Source: Isurus oxyrinchus
Lineage: Eukaryota
Reading direction: 5' to 3'
DNA length: 64,000 nucleotides
Assembly (NCBI GenBank): GCA_026770705.1
Contig: JANJGN010000036.1
Coordinates: 3,410,001-3,474,000 of the forward strand
Made by a program: the position numbers and the translations under genes. Below the pieces are notes generated by a model. It had not been told where the DNA came from and ran no database searches. It worked only from the letters and a program-made list of their open reading frames with translations. Shown here piece by piece: positions 23,732-36,855 of this stretch; the stretch's first letter is position 1; each line of letters starts with the position of its first letter.

Positions 23732-26060
23732 AACAGAATTACCTGGAAATACTCAGTAGGTCTGGCAGCATCGGCAGAGAAGGAAAGAGTTGACGTTTCG
23801 AGTCCTCATGAACCTTTAACAGAACTGAATGAATATTAGGAGAGGGGTGAAATATAAACTGGTTTAAGGTGAGGTGGGGGTGTGGGGAGAGAAGTGGGAG
23901 GGGTGGTGTGGTTCTAGGGACAAGCAAGCAGTGATAGGTGCAGTTAATCACAAGATGTCACAGAAAAAACAACAAAGAAGTGTTGAAGGTGGTGATATTA
24001 TCTAAATGAATGTGCTAATTAAGAATGGATGCTAGGGCACTCAACGTACAGCTCAACTGGCGGTGTGGTGGAAAGACTAGCAGGGCATAAAAGATATAAA
24101 AATAATGGAAAAAGCGGGAAAAGAAAAATCTATATAAATTATTGGAAAAAGCAAAAGGAACGGGGAAGAAACGGAAAGGGGGTGGGGATGGAGGAGCGAG
24201 TTCAAGACCTAACGTCGTTGAAATCAATATTTAGTCCAGAAGGCTGCAAAGTGGCTAGTCAGAAAATGAGGTGCTGTTCCTCCAGTTTGCGCTGGGCTTC
24301 ACTGGAACAATGCAGCAGGCCAAGGATGGACATGTGGGCAAGAGAGCAGGATGGAGTGCTAAAATGGCAAGCGACATGGAGGTTTGGGTCTTTCTCGCAG
24401 ACAGACCACAGGTGTTCTGCAAAGCGGTCGCCCTGTTTACGTTTGGTGTCTCCAATGTAGAGGAGACCCCATTGGGAGCAACGAAAGCAGGAGACTAAGT
24501 TGGGGAAAATGCAAGTGAAATGCTGCTTCACTTGAAAGGAGTGTTTGGACTCTTGGACGGTGAGGAGAGAGGAAGTGAAGGGGCAGGTGTTGCATCTTTT
24601 GCGTGGGCATGGGCAGGTGCCATAGGTGGGGGTTGAGGAGTAGGGGGTGATGGAGGAGTGGACCAGGGTGTCCCAGAGGGAACAATCCTTACAGAATGCT
24701 GCCGGGGAGGTGAAGGGGAGCTATGTTTGGTGGTGCCATCATGCTGGAGTTGGTGGAAATGGGAGAGGATGATCCTTTGAATGCAGAGACTGGTGGGGTG
24801 ATAAGTGAGGACAAGTGGGACCCTATCATGTTTCTTGGAGGGAGGACAAAGCATAAGGGTGGATGTGCGGGAGATGGTCTGGACACGGTTGACGGCTCTG
24901 CCAACAACCGTGGATGGAAAACCTCGGTTAGGGAAGAAGGAGGACATGTCAGAGGAACTGTTTTTGAAGGTAGCCTCATCAGAACAGATGTGACGGAGGT
25001 GAAGGAACTGAGAGAATGGGATGGAGTCCTTACAGGAAGCTGGGTGCGAGGAGCTGTAGTCGAGGTAGCTGTGGGGGTCGGTAGTCTTGTAATGGATATT
25101 GGTGGACAGTCTATCACCAGAAATTGAGACAGAGAGGTCAAGGAAGGGAAGGGAAGTGTCAGAGATGGACCACGTGAAAATGATAGAGGGATGGAGATTG
25201 GAAGCAAAATTTAAAAAGTAACCATCGATGTACCAGAGAAAGAGTTGTGGGAGGGGGCCGGAGTCGGACTGGAACAAGGAATGTTCCATATACCCCATAA
25301 AGAGAGAGGCATAGCTGGTGCCCATGCGGGTACCCATAGCTACACCTTTTATTTGGAGGAAGTGTGAGGAGTTGAAGGAGAAATTGTTCAGCGTGAGAAC
25401 AAGTTCAGCCAGACGGAGGAGAGTAGTGGTGGATGGGGATTGTTTGGGCCTCTGTTCGAGGAAGAAGTTAAGGGCCCTCAGACCATCCTGGTGGGGGATG
25501 GAGGTGTAAAGGAATTGGAAGTCATTGGTGAAGAGGAAGCGGTTGGGGCCAGGGAACTGGAAATTGTTGATGCGACGTAAGGTGTCAGAGGATTCACAGA
25601 TATAGGTGGGAAGGGACTGGGCAAGGGGAGAGAAATGGGATTTAAGATAACAAGAAATGAGTTCCGTGGAACAGGAACAGTCTACCAGGACAGTCCTGTT
25701 TGTGGATTTTGGGTAGGAGGTAGAAGCGGGCCGTCCTAGGTTGTGCGGCTATCAGGTTGGAAGCTGTGGGAGGACGATCTCCAGAGGAGGTGAGGTCAGT
25801 GACAGTCCTGGAAACAATGGCTTGATGTTCGGTGGTGGGGTCATGGTCCAGGGAGAGGTAGGAGGAAGTGTCTGTGAGTTGACGCTCAGCCTCCACGAGG
25901 TAGAGGTCAGTGCGCCAGACAACAGCAGCATCACCCTTGTCAGCGGGATGGTGACAATGCTGGAGTTGGAGCTGAGAGAACGGAGTGCAGTAAGTTCAGA
26001 GAGAGAGAGATTAGTATGGCTGAGAGGAGCAGAGAAATTGAGATGACTCATGTCATGACG
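23732..26060 (-). mobile_element. Penelope-like retroelement (RT + GIY-YIG endonuclease), 5'-truncated and degenerate
   Basis: ORFs 25642-25896 (ARFYLLPKIHK), 24528-25337 (MGTRMGTSYASLFMG..YIDG..LPFLDLSV..HYK) and 24259-24531 (CSQWGLLYIGDTKRK.GDRFAEH). Confidence 0.9.
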
Positions 26061-26339
26061 AGCCGTGAAATTAAAGCTATGTCGATCAGGAGTGATGTCA
26101 GGAAGCAATTCGTCACACAAAGGCGACTGTAAATTTGGAGCTCTCTCCCTTCAAAAGCTGTTGAGGCTGCGGGATCAATTGGAAATATTAAAACTGAGAT
26201 TGATGGAGTTTTATTGGGTATGCAGATTAAGGATTATAAAACCAAGGTGGGCAGATGGAAGTTATTATACAGGCCCGCCGTGATCTGATTGAATAGGCTG
26301 GAGGGTATAAATGGCCTCCTCCTATCCCTATGATGATAT

Positions 26340-27375
26340 TAAAAGCAAAATACTGTGGATGCAGGAAATCTGAAACAAAAACATAAATAGCTGGAAAAAC
26401 CGAGCAATTCTGACAGCATTGGGGGAGAAGAACACAGAGTTAACATTTCGAGTCTGAATGACTCTCCATCGGAACCTAGCAATATCGAAATGTGGTAAAA
26501 TATAAGCCGGTTGTGGGGGTGGGTGTGGGACAGGTAGAGCTGGATAGAGGGCCAGTGATAGGTCGAGGCAAAGAAGAGGTTGCCAAATATGTCATAGACA
26601 AAATGGAAAGGCGGAGTTGACGGTGGTGATATTATCTAAGGGATGTGCTAATGGTAACATTAAGAGTAGAAAGCAGGACAAAAAATGGCAGATGGACCTA
26701 GTGAGGGTGAGGTGCGGGAAAGGCATCGGAATGGGTTAAAAGGTGGAGATACAGTGGTAGATCGCCATAAATTTAATAATAGGCGGAAAAAGGAAAATAT
26801 ATTTTAAAAAATAAATTTGGAAAAGGGGGTCAGAAAGGGGGTAGGGATGGAGGAGAGAGTTCATGATATGCTGATGTTGACCTAAATGTTAAGTCTGGGT
26901 GGCTGTAGAGTGCATAGTCAGAAGATGAGGTGCTGTTCCTCCAGTTAGCGTTGAGCTTCACTGGAACATTGCAGCAGGCCAAAGACGGGCATGTGGGCTT
27001 GAGAGCAGGGTGGTGTGTTGAAATGGCAAGCGACAGGGAGGTCTGGATCATGCTTTTGAGCAGACCGAAGGTATTCTGCAAAGCGGTCAGCCAGTCTGCT
27101 TTTGGTCTCTCCATTGTAGAGGAGACCACACTGGGAGCAGAGAATGCAGTAGAATAAATTGAGACAAGCGCTTCACTTGTAGGGAGTGTGTGGGCCCTTG
27201 GACGGTGAGGAGGGGGCAAGTAAAGGGGTAGGTGGAACACCTTCTGCGGTTGCATGGGAAGGTCCCGCGGGAGGGGGTTGAGGTAAAGCTGGTGATAGAG
27301 GAGTGGACCAGGGTGTCCGGGAGGGAACAATCCCTGCAGAATACGGCCATGGTGGGGTGAAGTGAAGATGCATTT
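26340..27375 (-). mobile_element. Older Penelope-like 3' fragment
   Basis: Homologous to 23732-24720 (EEQHLIF / DTLVHSS region), same terminal sequence. Confidence 0.8.
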
Positions 27376-27506
27376 CAAATGGGTTCTATGAAACTTGAAG
27401 AGAAGGTAGAGCAATCTCAAGTGTGGGACATATGGCGATGTTGCCTAGCAATCAGGGTCCAGGAAGGAAGGCTCACGCACACATGCACATACACACACAC
27501 ACACAG

Positions 27507-27540
<34 letters not shown>

Positions 27541-28289
27541 AAAAAGAGTCAGTTTGTGCTCACTGGAAAGCAACTGCCAGAGAGAGGTTGGAAAGAGCAG
27601 GGCTACCAATACCAAGTCCCAAACTGAAGTCGAAGCCAAGACTCCAGATAAGGAGTCAACTGGGTGAAGGGACTGCAGAGAGCAAAGTAAATGAAAGTTC
27701 TCAAAGCCAAGGAGTGAGACCGAAACGGTACAAAGTCCCAAGAATGCTTTCCAGGCAAATGAAGGACGGGAACCTGGTGTGGAATCGATTGGATATGTAG
27801 ATATGCTCATTTTGCCATGCAATCTACCTGGGGAGTCACAGGAAGAAAGTTCTGTTCACGCTGCATCTAAACCTCAGCTCCTCACGGACAAAAAGGGCAG
27901 CTGCCAGTGAGGTTGAAACACCATCAGACACCCACTGTGCTGCCACCGGAGAAGGTGGTTAATGAACTGAATGACCCAATTCACATCCAAGTTTGATTAT
28001 TCTTAAAATGAATCATTAATCTGCTCGGAGACTAGTTGAGAGGAAATGGTCCATGAGCCCTTCAGAGACAAAATTAAAATGGTTTGAAATTTATAATGAC
28101 GAATTCAAATACTTTAAAGATGGATTTGTAGACGTTTGCTGATTATCAAACTCTGACACTCTTCACTGGTAGGATTTATTCTTCAGGATAAATCAGACAG
28201 AGGATTTTATAAAGATGTTGCCCAAAATATTGTCTTCAATTTTAGTCGTGGATTATTCGATGAATGCATTTGTTTTACCGACATTCCGC

Positions 28290-29600
28290 AGTCTAACCGC
28301 AGACGTGGGGAAACTATTGGAAGCAAACCTGAGGGACAGAATTGATCTACACTTGGAGAGGCAGGGGTTAATCAAGCACAGGCAGCATGGTTGTATTAAG
28401 GGGAGGTCATGTCTGACCAATTTGATTGAAGTTTTCGAGGAGGTGACCAGGTTTGTAGATGCGGGAAATCTATCTGATGTAGTCTACTTGGACTTCAGCA
28501 ATGCTTTTGATAAATTGGATCCACAATTTACTGAGTGGCAGGAAGCAGTGTGTGATGTTCGAATGGTGTTTTAGTGACTGGATGCCTGTGTCAAGTGGGA
28601 TTCCAAAGGGATCGGTATTGGGTTCTTTGCTATTTGTAAACGGTTCAGACTTGAATGTAGGTGGGTTGATCAGTAAGTTCGCGGATGGCACGAAAATTGG
28701 TCAGGTGGTAAACAGTGAGGAGGATAGCCACAGGTTGCAGGAGGATACAGACGGGCTGGTCAGATGGGCTGATCAGTGGAAAATGGCATTTAATCCAAAT
28801 AAGTGTGACGTGATGCATTGGGGCTGGACAAGCAAGACAAGGGACTACACGATGAATGGTAGGGCCCCGGGAATAAGGAGGAGCAGAGATGCCTTGGTGT
28901 GCATGTTCTCCTGTCCATTAATGAAGCGTATCATGTAGGTAAGGTGGTTATGAAGGCATATTGGATATTTGCCTTTGTTATCCGAGGCATAGTATATAAT
29001 GGCATGGAGTTTATGCTGGAACAGAATAGATTGCTCGTTAAGCCACAGCTAGAGTATTGCATGCAGTTCTGGAATCCACATTAGTGCAATTGCTCTAGAG
29101 AGAGTGCTGAGGAGATATATCTGGATGTTACCTGGGCTGGAGAGTTTTAGTTATGAGGAGAGATTGGATAGACTGGGGTTATTAACTTTGGAGCAGAGAT
29201 GATTGAGGGGGACATGATCGAGGTGTATAAAATTATGAGTGTCATAGAGAGAGCTGACAGGAAGGGACTTTCTCCTTTGGTGGAGGAATCAATAACTTGG
29301 GGGCATGGATATAAGCGAAGGAGCAGAAGATGTAGAGGGAATGAAAGGAAGATTTTTTCACCTAGAAGGCGGTGGGGAGTTGGAACTCATTGCCTGAAAG
29401 GGGATTAGAGGCAGAAACCCTGGCATCATTTAAGAAGATTTTGGATGTGCACTTGCGATGCCTTGGTATAGAAGGCAATGGTTTAGTTCTGGAAAATGGG
29501 ATTAGAATATTTTGCTACTTGTATGAAGGGCGTATACCCGACGGGGCCAAGGGCCTTTTTCGGTGCCGTCGACCCCTATGATACTATGGCTCTATGACTG
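28290..29600 (+). mobile_element. CR1-type LINE reverse-transcriptase fragment with 3' end
   Basis: QHGCIKGRSCLTNLIEVFEEVT..DVVYLDFSNAFDK; GIPKGSVLGSLLF..SKFADGTK..LQEDTDGLVRWADQWKMAFNPNKC. Confidence 0.9.
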
Positions 29601-30889
29601 CACCCATGTTGGATACCTTTCTGATTCTGAATACGACAAAATTCGGGTCAATGGGCTACAAGTTAAATGGTTTGCGTCGGGTCACGAAATTGTTGGTCCC
29701 AGCTTCGAGGTTATAACTATTAGGAAAGATTGAACAGGCCGAGGCTCTTTCCTCTAGAAAAGTGGAGGCAGAGGGGGTGACCTGATAGAGGCCTTTAAAG
29801 TTATGAACATATTCGATACGCTAGAAATAATGGCAGTGGGACCAGAACTCGGGACCATCAATATAAGATAGTCACCAATAAATCCAACCAGGAATGCAGC
29901 AGAAATCACTTTACTTGAACAGTGTGGAGAACGTGAAACTCGCTCCCAAAGGTCGCGGTAAATCGCCGAGATGCACTGAAAGGGGGAATCAGCATAAACA
30001 CACGAGTTGTAAGGGATAGAGGATATTTTGATGGTGTGGGATTACAGGAGGTAGGAGGAAGTTACTGTGAAGCGGAAACACCTGCACATAGCAGATGGCC
30101 CTTGATCCACAGGAATAATTATGACACAAAGAGACAGGCGGGAGACAGATTCCGGATGAAACAATCACTAAAATATTAGCGCCATATTCTTGTTTTTTTT
30201 TCAACTTGGCGTGTTTTTGTTGAAATCAGAATAAATGAATGTGTTCAGGGTGAATTAAATAGAACACTCGGAACGTGGGGCATTTCCCCTTTCCCCTCGC
30301 AAATGTTCTAAGGAGTAATGTTGTTGAATTCAGCATCATTGCATTTTGGCTGCACTTTGAACCAGCCTGGACTGCGCACCGCCTGTGACGTGTGTTTACC
30401 ACGATCTGCAGCGTGTTGTCCTTTGCAGGCAGAGCCGTGTGTGATCTCCTAACCTACAAACAGGCAACCCTCTGCTAAATCTTACCCAATGCTGAATTTT
30501 CCAGTGCGCTATTTTAAACGTTTCATGTAAGTTTCCCCCGTGTCCCTGGGGCCAATAATTATCCCCGAAAAATATCATTAAAAGCACGATCTGAGTCATA
30601 ATCACTTTGTTATTTGTGGGTCTTGCTGGGCGCAATTACGGCTGCCGCATTTCCTTCATAACAACAGAGACTACACTTTAAATAAAAAGTCTTCCATTGT
30701 CCCTGAAGCGCCTCCTTTACCTCTTGCTACTGTTATTGTTTCAAATTTAACCCTCAACGTTTGACCCCATTAGCCTATATTTATGGATGGTCTATTAAAT
30801 ATTTTACGGTTGTCGCCGATTCCTAATAGCAAGTATTTTCTCTCTCCCTGCCAAAGCAGGACCCATAATGTTAATTTTGTACCTCTCAG

Positions 30890-31234
30890 TTATTGTATCT
30901 CAATCAAATTTGTCCCAGACTTCGGAGGTTCAGAGTCTCTGGCTTGGAAGTAAAACAAGGTGCATTGTGACACTGCTTAGTTGGCGGTGGTGGGGACAGG
31001 GCGGTAGATTGGTATAAACCGAACCAGCGGACGCATGTGCGACTGGTTTACACGGTAACAGAATACAAAACTACAACAGGGAGATATTCGGGAGAAGTTC
31101 ACCTGAATCGAAGCTCTATTCTCTGACTATTGCAGGTGTCCGGGCCAGTGATGCGGACATGTATTATTGTGTAGCTACGAAGATCAGTTGGATGTCCTTT
31201 ACGTTTGGAAATCGTTCAAAATGGTTTATCACAG
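30890..31234 (+). pseudogene. Gene D germline-joined VJ exon
   Basis: WY, YSLTI, D..MYYC and FTFGN J-like motif followed by the ACAG|gt donor; homologous to 48211-48536. Confidence 0.8.
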
Positions 31235-33529
31235 GTACAAATTACGATTAATTTACATTTTGTATCATCAATAATCAGGAAGTTAAGGCCAATAGTGATC
31301 GAATCTCAGCGCCCGATCCCACCACGTTCCCCAATAATCGGCATTTTAACTCCGCCTCCACATGAAATTCTCTCTGTCGGCGGGGACCCATTGGTGAGTT
31401 TGGTGAAGTATCTGGGTCCCGATTATTTTGCCGTCCGCTGGAATGTTTCCGGACGGGATGCCCAGGGACAGAAGGATTCCAGGACAATCGAGTTGGACCG
31501 AACCGGCACCATCAGAAGTTAAATACTTCTCTGGGCGGAAAATTGAAGCAGCGGCGCTCTCTATACTTAAGCCGTTCAAATCAACTCCAGTGAAAATCTT
31601 CCAATTGATATTGTCTCATCTCAGAGACGGAGTTGTTAACAGGTACTTCGTGCTTTTAATGTGCGACCTATTTATTCGTAACAACTCTTTGCACATTTGA
31701 ACTCCTCCCTTCAATGTGTTTACGTGTCATTTTCCGACCCCTTATCCCGCTATCACGTATCTCATCATTTCAGTATTCATCTATCTGCATTCTTAAGCCA
31801 CCTTTCTAGCTGGAATAATAGCGTATGGAGAGAGAACATCTATTTTGGCCTGTCAATAATTAAGTAAAATCCCAATTTTCTGTTTACCGCTTCTTTCTCT
31901 CTCGATTCCTGTATTTTATTCTGTGTATTCCGTAGAGCTTCCAGCAACGACGCAGTGCTTTCTGCCCTTTGGCTAAGTGCTAGTGTTTCTGCTCCAAAGG
32001 AACCTCCTCCCACCCCTCTTCATCTCACCCCAGCAACCTATCCTTCCATTCCTTTCTCCTTCATGTGCTTATACAGCGTCACCCATCAATGCATCTCTGT
32101 AATTCACCTCAGCCACTCCCAGTGGTAACGTGCTCCACATTCTCCCCGCTCCCTGTTAGGTGGAAATTAGAAATGTTGTCAGATCACACTAAAAATTTAC
32201 CGAGAAAATACTAAAATCTCCAGGCAGACTTGGCTGCTAAATATAGTAAGAGTTGAAGATTACCTGATGAGAATTGCATAACCTTGAGACCCTGACTGGG
32301 GACACAATCAGGATATAAATCAGATTAAGTGTACTCCCCTGTCACATAGGGAAGGGGCAGATGGTTTTAGCTTAGATATGGGAGGACATACAATAGACAA
32401 AGAGGGGACTTTGATGAAACGCAAGCTGTCTTGAGCTGTGGGAACCAATGTTTTTGAGTATGTGTTTTAATTTTGGAAAATCTAATTATGTATACCTGCT
32501 TTAGAATAATTGGTTAGCAAAATCACATGTTTATGTACTCAATAGGATAGTTAACATGAGAAGGATGTGTCGGTGACCAGTTGGATGTATTCAAATGTAC
32601 TCAAACGTATTATGTTAAGGAAAAGTACAAAAGTAATGAAACACAATAAACCTGGGAGCTGGGTCTTCATTCTTAGGAATGATTGCAGCTCCCATGCATA
32701 TGCTTGAATAAAATCGTTCAAAGGAATCCTGAGTCTCTGTGGTCGTTGTGTGACCGGGGATAATAACTTCCCCTCTTCAACTGGCCGATGTGGTAGTTGC
32801 AGGATTGGAGGGAGTACCTTCTTCACTGGTTACCCCACAGACTCCTCTCTGCTCGAAGAAAAGAAGACAGCCTATCCAAACTTCCCTGATTGTCATAACC
32901 TCTCAGTTTTGGCACAATTCCAGCAAACCTTTTCTTTTTCGCAATTGCCCCTGTGCCTGCATATTCTTTTTATAATATGCAGACCAGAATAATTCACAGG
33001 ACTCTATGTACGGTCTAGCTAAGTATTGATATAGCGTTAATGCAGCCTCTCTTCTTTTCATTGCTGGGCCTGGTTTTTATCACCTTATTTACCTCTTTCA
33101 CTAATTTCAATCATGTTTGTCTTGTGCCTCAGTGCCCTTTGCTCTTCTTTCCGATTTAAATGCTTGTTTTCCAGTGAGTGTTTTTTCCCAAACCCTATCA
33201 CTATATCTAACCCAAACCCCAATCATACTCCTTCCTAGTTAAACGGCCCCTATATATCATTTCATCCAAGACAAAGGAAAGGAATCCGCTGGTTGGTTAT
33301 ATGCCACTTAGAATTTCATGCCTGGCGGACAAACGCTTAACATCAATTAGTATTTTCAATTACTATTTCAAGCTTAACACATTTAATAGAGATTGTTCTT
33401 TCAAGAAGGGCCCGATTAGACAGTTAAAGAGAATACAGTAGATAGAACCTGTATGGAGTTCCACAAGGTCTTCATGTGTTTGTGTTTTATAAATGTATCT
33501 ATGTATCCCTCACTCGCACCTGATCTTAT

Positions 33530-33800
33530 TTCTAACTATCTATCCATCCATCTATCTATCTATCTATCTACCTATCTATCTATCCATCCATCTACCTACC
33601 TATCTTTCTTTCTATCTATCTAACAATCTATCTATCTATCTATCTATCCATCTATCTATCTAACGATCTATCTATCTATCTATGCATGCATGTATCTATC
33701 CATCTATCCACCGCCTCTCTGTCTCTCTCTTTCTTTCTCTCTCTCTCTATAATTCTCTTACACGCCGTCGACATGACTGTCTCTCTCTATCTAGCCATCC
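33530..33800. repeat. (TCTA)n microsatellite in gene D C1-TM intron
   Basis: Direct inspection. Confidence 0.85.
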
Positions 33801-36800
33801 ACCTACCTTCAGATTTGTAAATTTGTTTCGCTTGCCTAATAAATGTCGAATTTTCATTTTTATGTGCTTGGTGATGATGGTGACATTCACAGGGCTGACT
33901 TTGTTTCGGCATCCCGAGCACCACTTTGTATGTGGTGCTGGATCTCCTTGAACCTTGTGCAAGAGCTAAAAAGCTCGGGTTGTGGGATTTTTTCTGAAAT
34001 CCAATGAGATTTTTTCAATTTATGTTACCTGCCACCTGCAGGGAATTCGTCCGCGGCGAACTTTTACTTCGGGGGATATTTCTTGTGGCCGGGAGAAGGA
34101 CTTCCAGGAACCGGCAGTCAGGGAAAGATTACAGAGACAATCTGTAACTCTGAGGCGCTCTCAATTCATCCATTAATCACTGGGTTTGTGGCACTTTCAG
34201 CTGTTTGAATGTGAACTGAGGTCATTCCAACTAAGTATCAATTTCACTTTCTAACAGGCATCATGAACAGTGATGCGGAACCGACACATTCCAGAGCAAG
34301 GACTGAAGAAAATGCGGTAACTGTGGATGGATTTGTTTCCTAACGTGTACAGATTCATTTCACTGAATTTTAACCTAAGGTTTAAAATTCATAGTTCATG
34401 TCATATGAGTCTAAGAGATTTTGCATAGTTCACATTGCAAGATAACACTGTTTACATGTCATATAACATTGCGACAACAGATCAAAAATATAGACGTGTT
34501 CAGTTGAATATGTCAAATTTTTTACGTTTTTGTTGGGTAAAGGGCTTTTAGGGAACGAAGGAGAGGAGATTTGGTTAATTTCCAAATCCGAAAAGGCGTA
34601 ATTGAAAGGCAGAACGTGCTTGAAGGACTGAATGGCCTCCTGATGATGATATGGCTCACGATAACTGTTTCTGTTTTCTCTTACAGGCTCTTTTTGCTCG
34701 GATGGCGTTTAATGCGGATCCCAGAGTCTGATTGCAAATGATATTGAGTCTTTAGGTTATGCTTCCGGTCTATGACGCGTAGTGGAAAGTTCTCTCTCTT
34801 GTGTATTTATTGCAGGAAAGTCTGGAGGTGTGAGACTTTCCAAAAGACAGTCATGGCAAATTCTGTTCCGAGCTGAATTCATATTTATTAATAACAATGA
34901 GCAATATACGTCACTTTTTGGCGAGTGTTCAAGACTGAAAGAACAGTGTCCTTTTGAAGTCCAAATTGACTCCCGAAAACTTTAGCTTTGTGCTCAGTAA
35001 CGACATGTTTCTACATCCTTGTGTTAGTGCTTTTAAGCTCATTGTGCATCTTTGTGTAGCTCTTGAGCGGGAAAGAGCGAATCAGTGTCCAAGTTAATAA
35101 CCCAGTCAAGCACTTTTTGCAAACCAAGCATTTCATTTTGGAATTCAGACTGCTTGATCCCTGAGTGTAGAGGTGCTCAGTGAATGTGCAATGGCTGGTT
35201 ACAGGACATCTTTATAGGCCAGATGTGTGCAGTTTAAAAGTCGGACCAGTTGATAGGAATTATACCAGGCCTGTGAGGTTTTGATATCAGGGAGGAGTGG
35301 ACAGGCTGGGCCTCTTTTCTCCACAAAACAGAAAACTGAAAAGTGACCTGATGGCGATAATTAAAATGATGAAAGGAATCGATACATGGAGACGAAGAGG
35401 GAGTGTTTCCATTTGCAGGCAGAGCTGAAGTAAAGAACATGAACATTAAATATTCGCCAATAAATCAATTGGGAATTCAGGAAGAATTACTTTCCCAGGA
35501 GAAAGGGAGAAAGCAGAGCTCGCAATCACAGCGAGCGACCGAGCTAAATATCTGAGATGGATTGAACGGGAAAGCTGGATAACTACATAATGAATAAAGA
35601 AATAGGAGGACATGCTAATAGGGTGAGATGTTGAGGGTTTTGGAGGAGGCTCGTGCAAATCAGAGGCACGAGCAGAGAGCACAGGAGCAAAATGGCTTGT
35701 TTCTGCTCTGGAAATAATTTTGAATTTTGTTACGCAGAAAACATGAGCAGTGACTGAAAGCTCTTAGCTCGAAAAGTTTGCATCATTAAAATAATTTCTT
35801 CTTCGCACTAAAAGAAATACTTAAATGTGAAAGTGGGATTCAAAGGACTTTTCACCGAGATGATCTGCTATTTTCGCATGATACCTTCAAATTTATAAAA
35901 ACTAAAAATTAAGGTTTCAGACGATTTCTTTTTAAGATACACATTACGACATCAAACAGTCTTATTCACTGAGCAAGTGAAATCCCAGAGGGATACTTGT
36001 CTTGCTGATCATTTCTTTTCCCTATTTTGAAAACGAGGGGGAAATCTGACGATTCTTAAATCAAGAATCACTTTATCATACAATATTAACATTAAAACTG
36101 TTGAAGCAGCCTTAAAGGTATTCCTCCGAAAAAATCCTTTTCAGAACGCACAAGTAAACTTCTTGGCAACAACTCGGTTATGCAGTTTTAAGTGTAAAAA
36201 TCCAGTAATATTACCCAAGGCAAAAATTGCTGCAACTTCCAGCCTGCCCTGGAAATCCGAAGGAAGTTCAAATAAAGATTTTGTCCTGAAAGCAAAGACT
36301 TCCCTGGCTTGAAGGCGGATGGCTGCTTAAAATCCTCAATTTTTCTCAGCAAAATGCTGGTCTCAGGGCATCTCCCCTACAAGGTCAGCTCAACTCAACT
36401 AAGCATTGCCTTTACTTATCTTTCCCCCGTCCCTTTCATCCTGGCCTCCATTGTCCTAAGGACCTCTTTCAACTCAATATTTCCAAAATATAAAAAACCT
36501 TCATGTCTTCCTATTGCCTCTACTTTCGGGCCAAATATCATTGAATAACCTACCCATGTTAACTTATGGAATATTTGTAAGTGGTAAAAGTTCTTAAACT
36601 TTCTTTGCAATTTGGCAGCTGAAAAGACAAGTCCTTACCTATCACCTGCTGCAAGTTTAAGATGCCCAACACATTTACCTATACTCCTAACTCCACCATA
36701 GTATCTCGTTACAAATATACACATTCAGCATGCTTATCTTTCATCTCTCAGTTTCCACAGACAAATTGAATTTAATAACGTTCCACGGTTTAATTACCCA

Positions 36801-36815
36801 TGAAAGCACACGCAC

Positions 36816-36855
<40 letters not shown>

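Larger units (their letters stand above)
30472..34731 (+). pseudogene. Gene D: degenerate type 2 VJ-C1-TM receptor
   Basis: Possible leader 30472-30526 (55 nt, phase 1, gtaagt, no ATG); VJ exon 30890-31234 (DWYK..YSLTIAGVRASDADMYYCVATKISWMSFTFGNRSKWFIT, frameshifted); C1 ~31310-31628 (several stops); TM remnant ~34020-34121; cyt1 34258-34316; terminal 34687-34731 (ALFARMAFNADPRV*). Confidence 0.8.
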
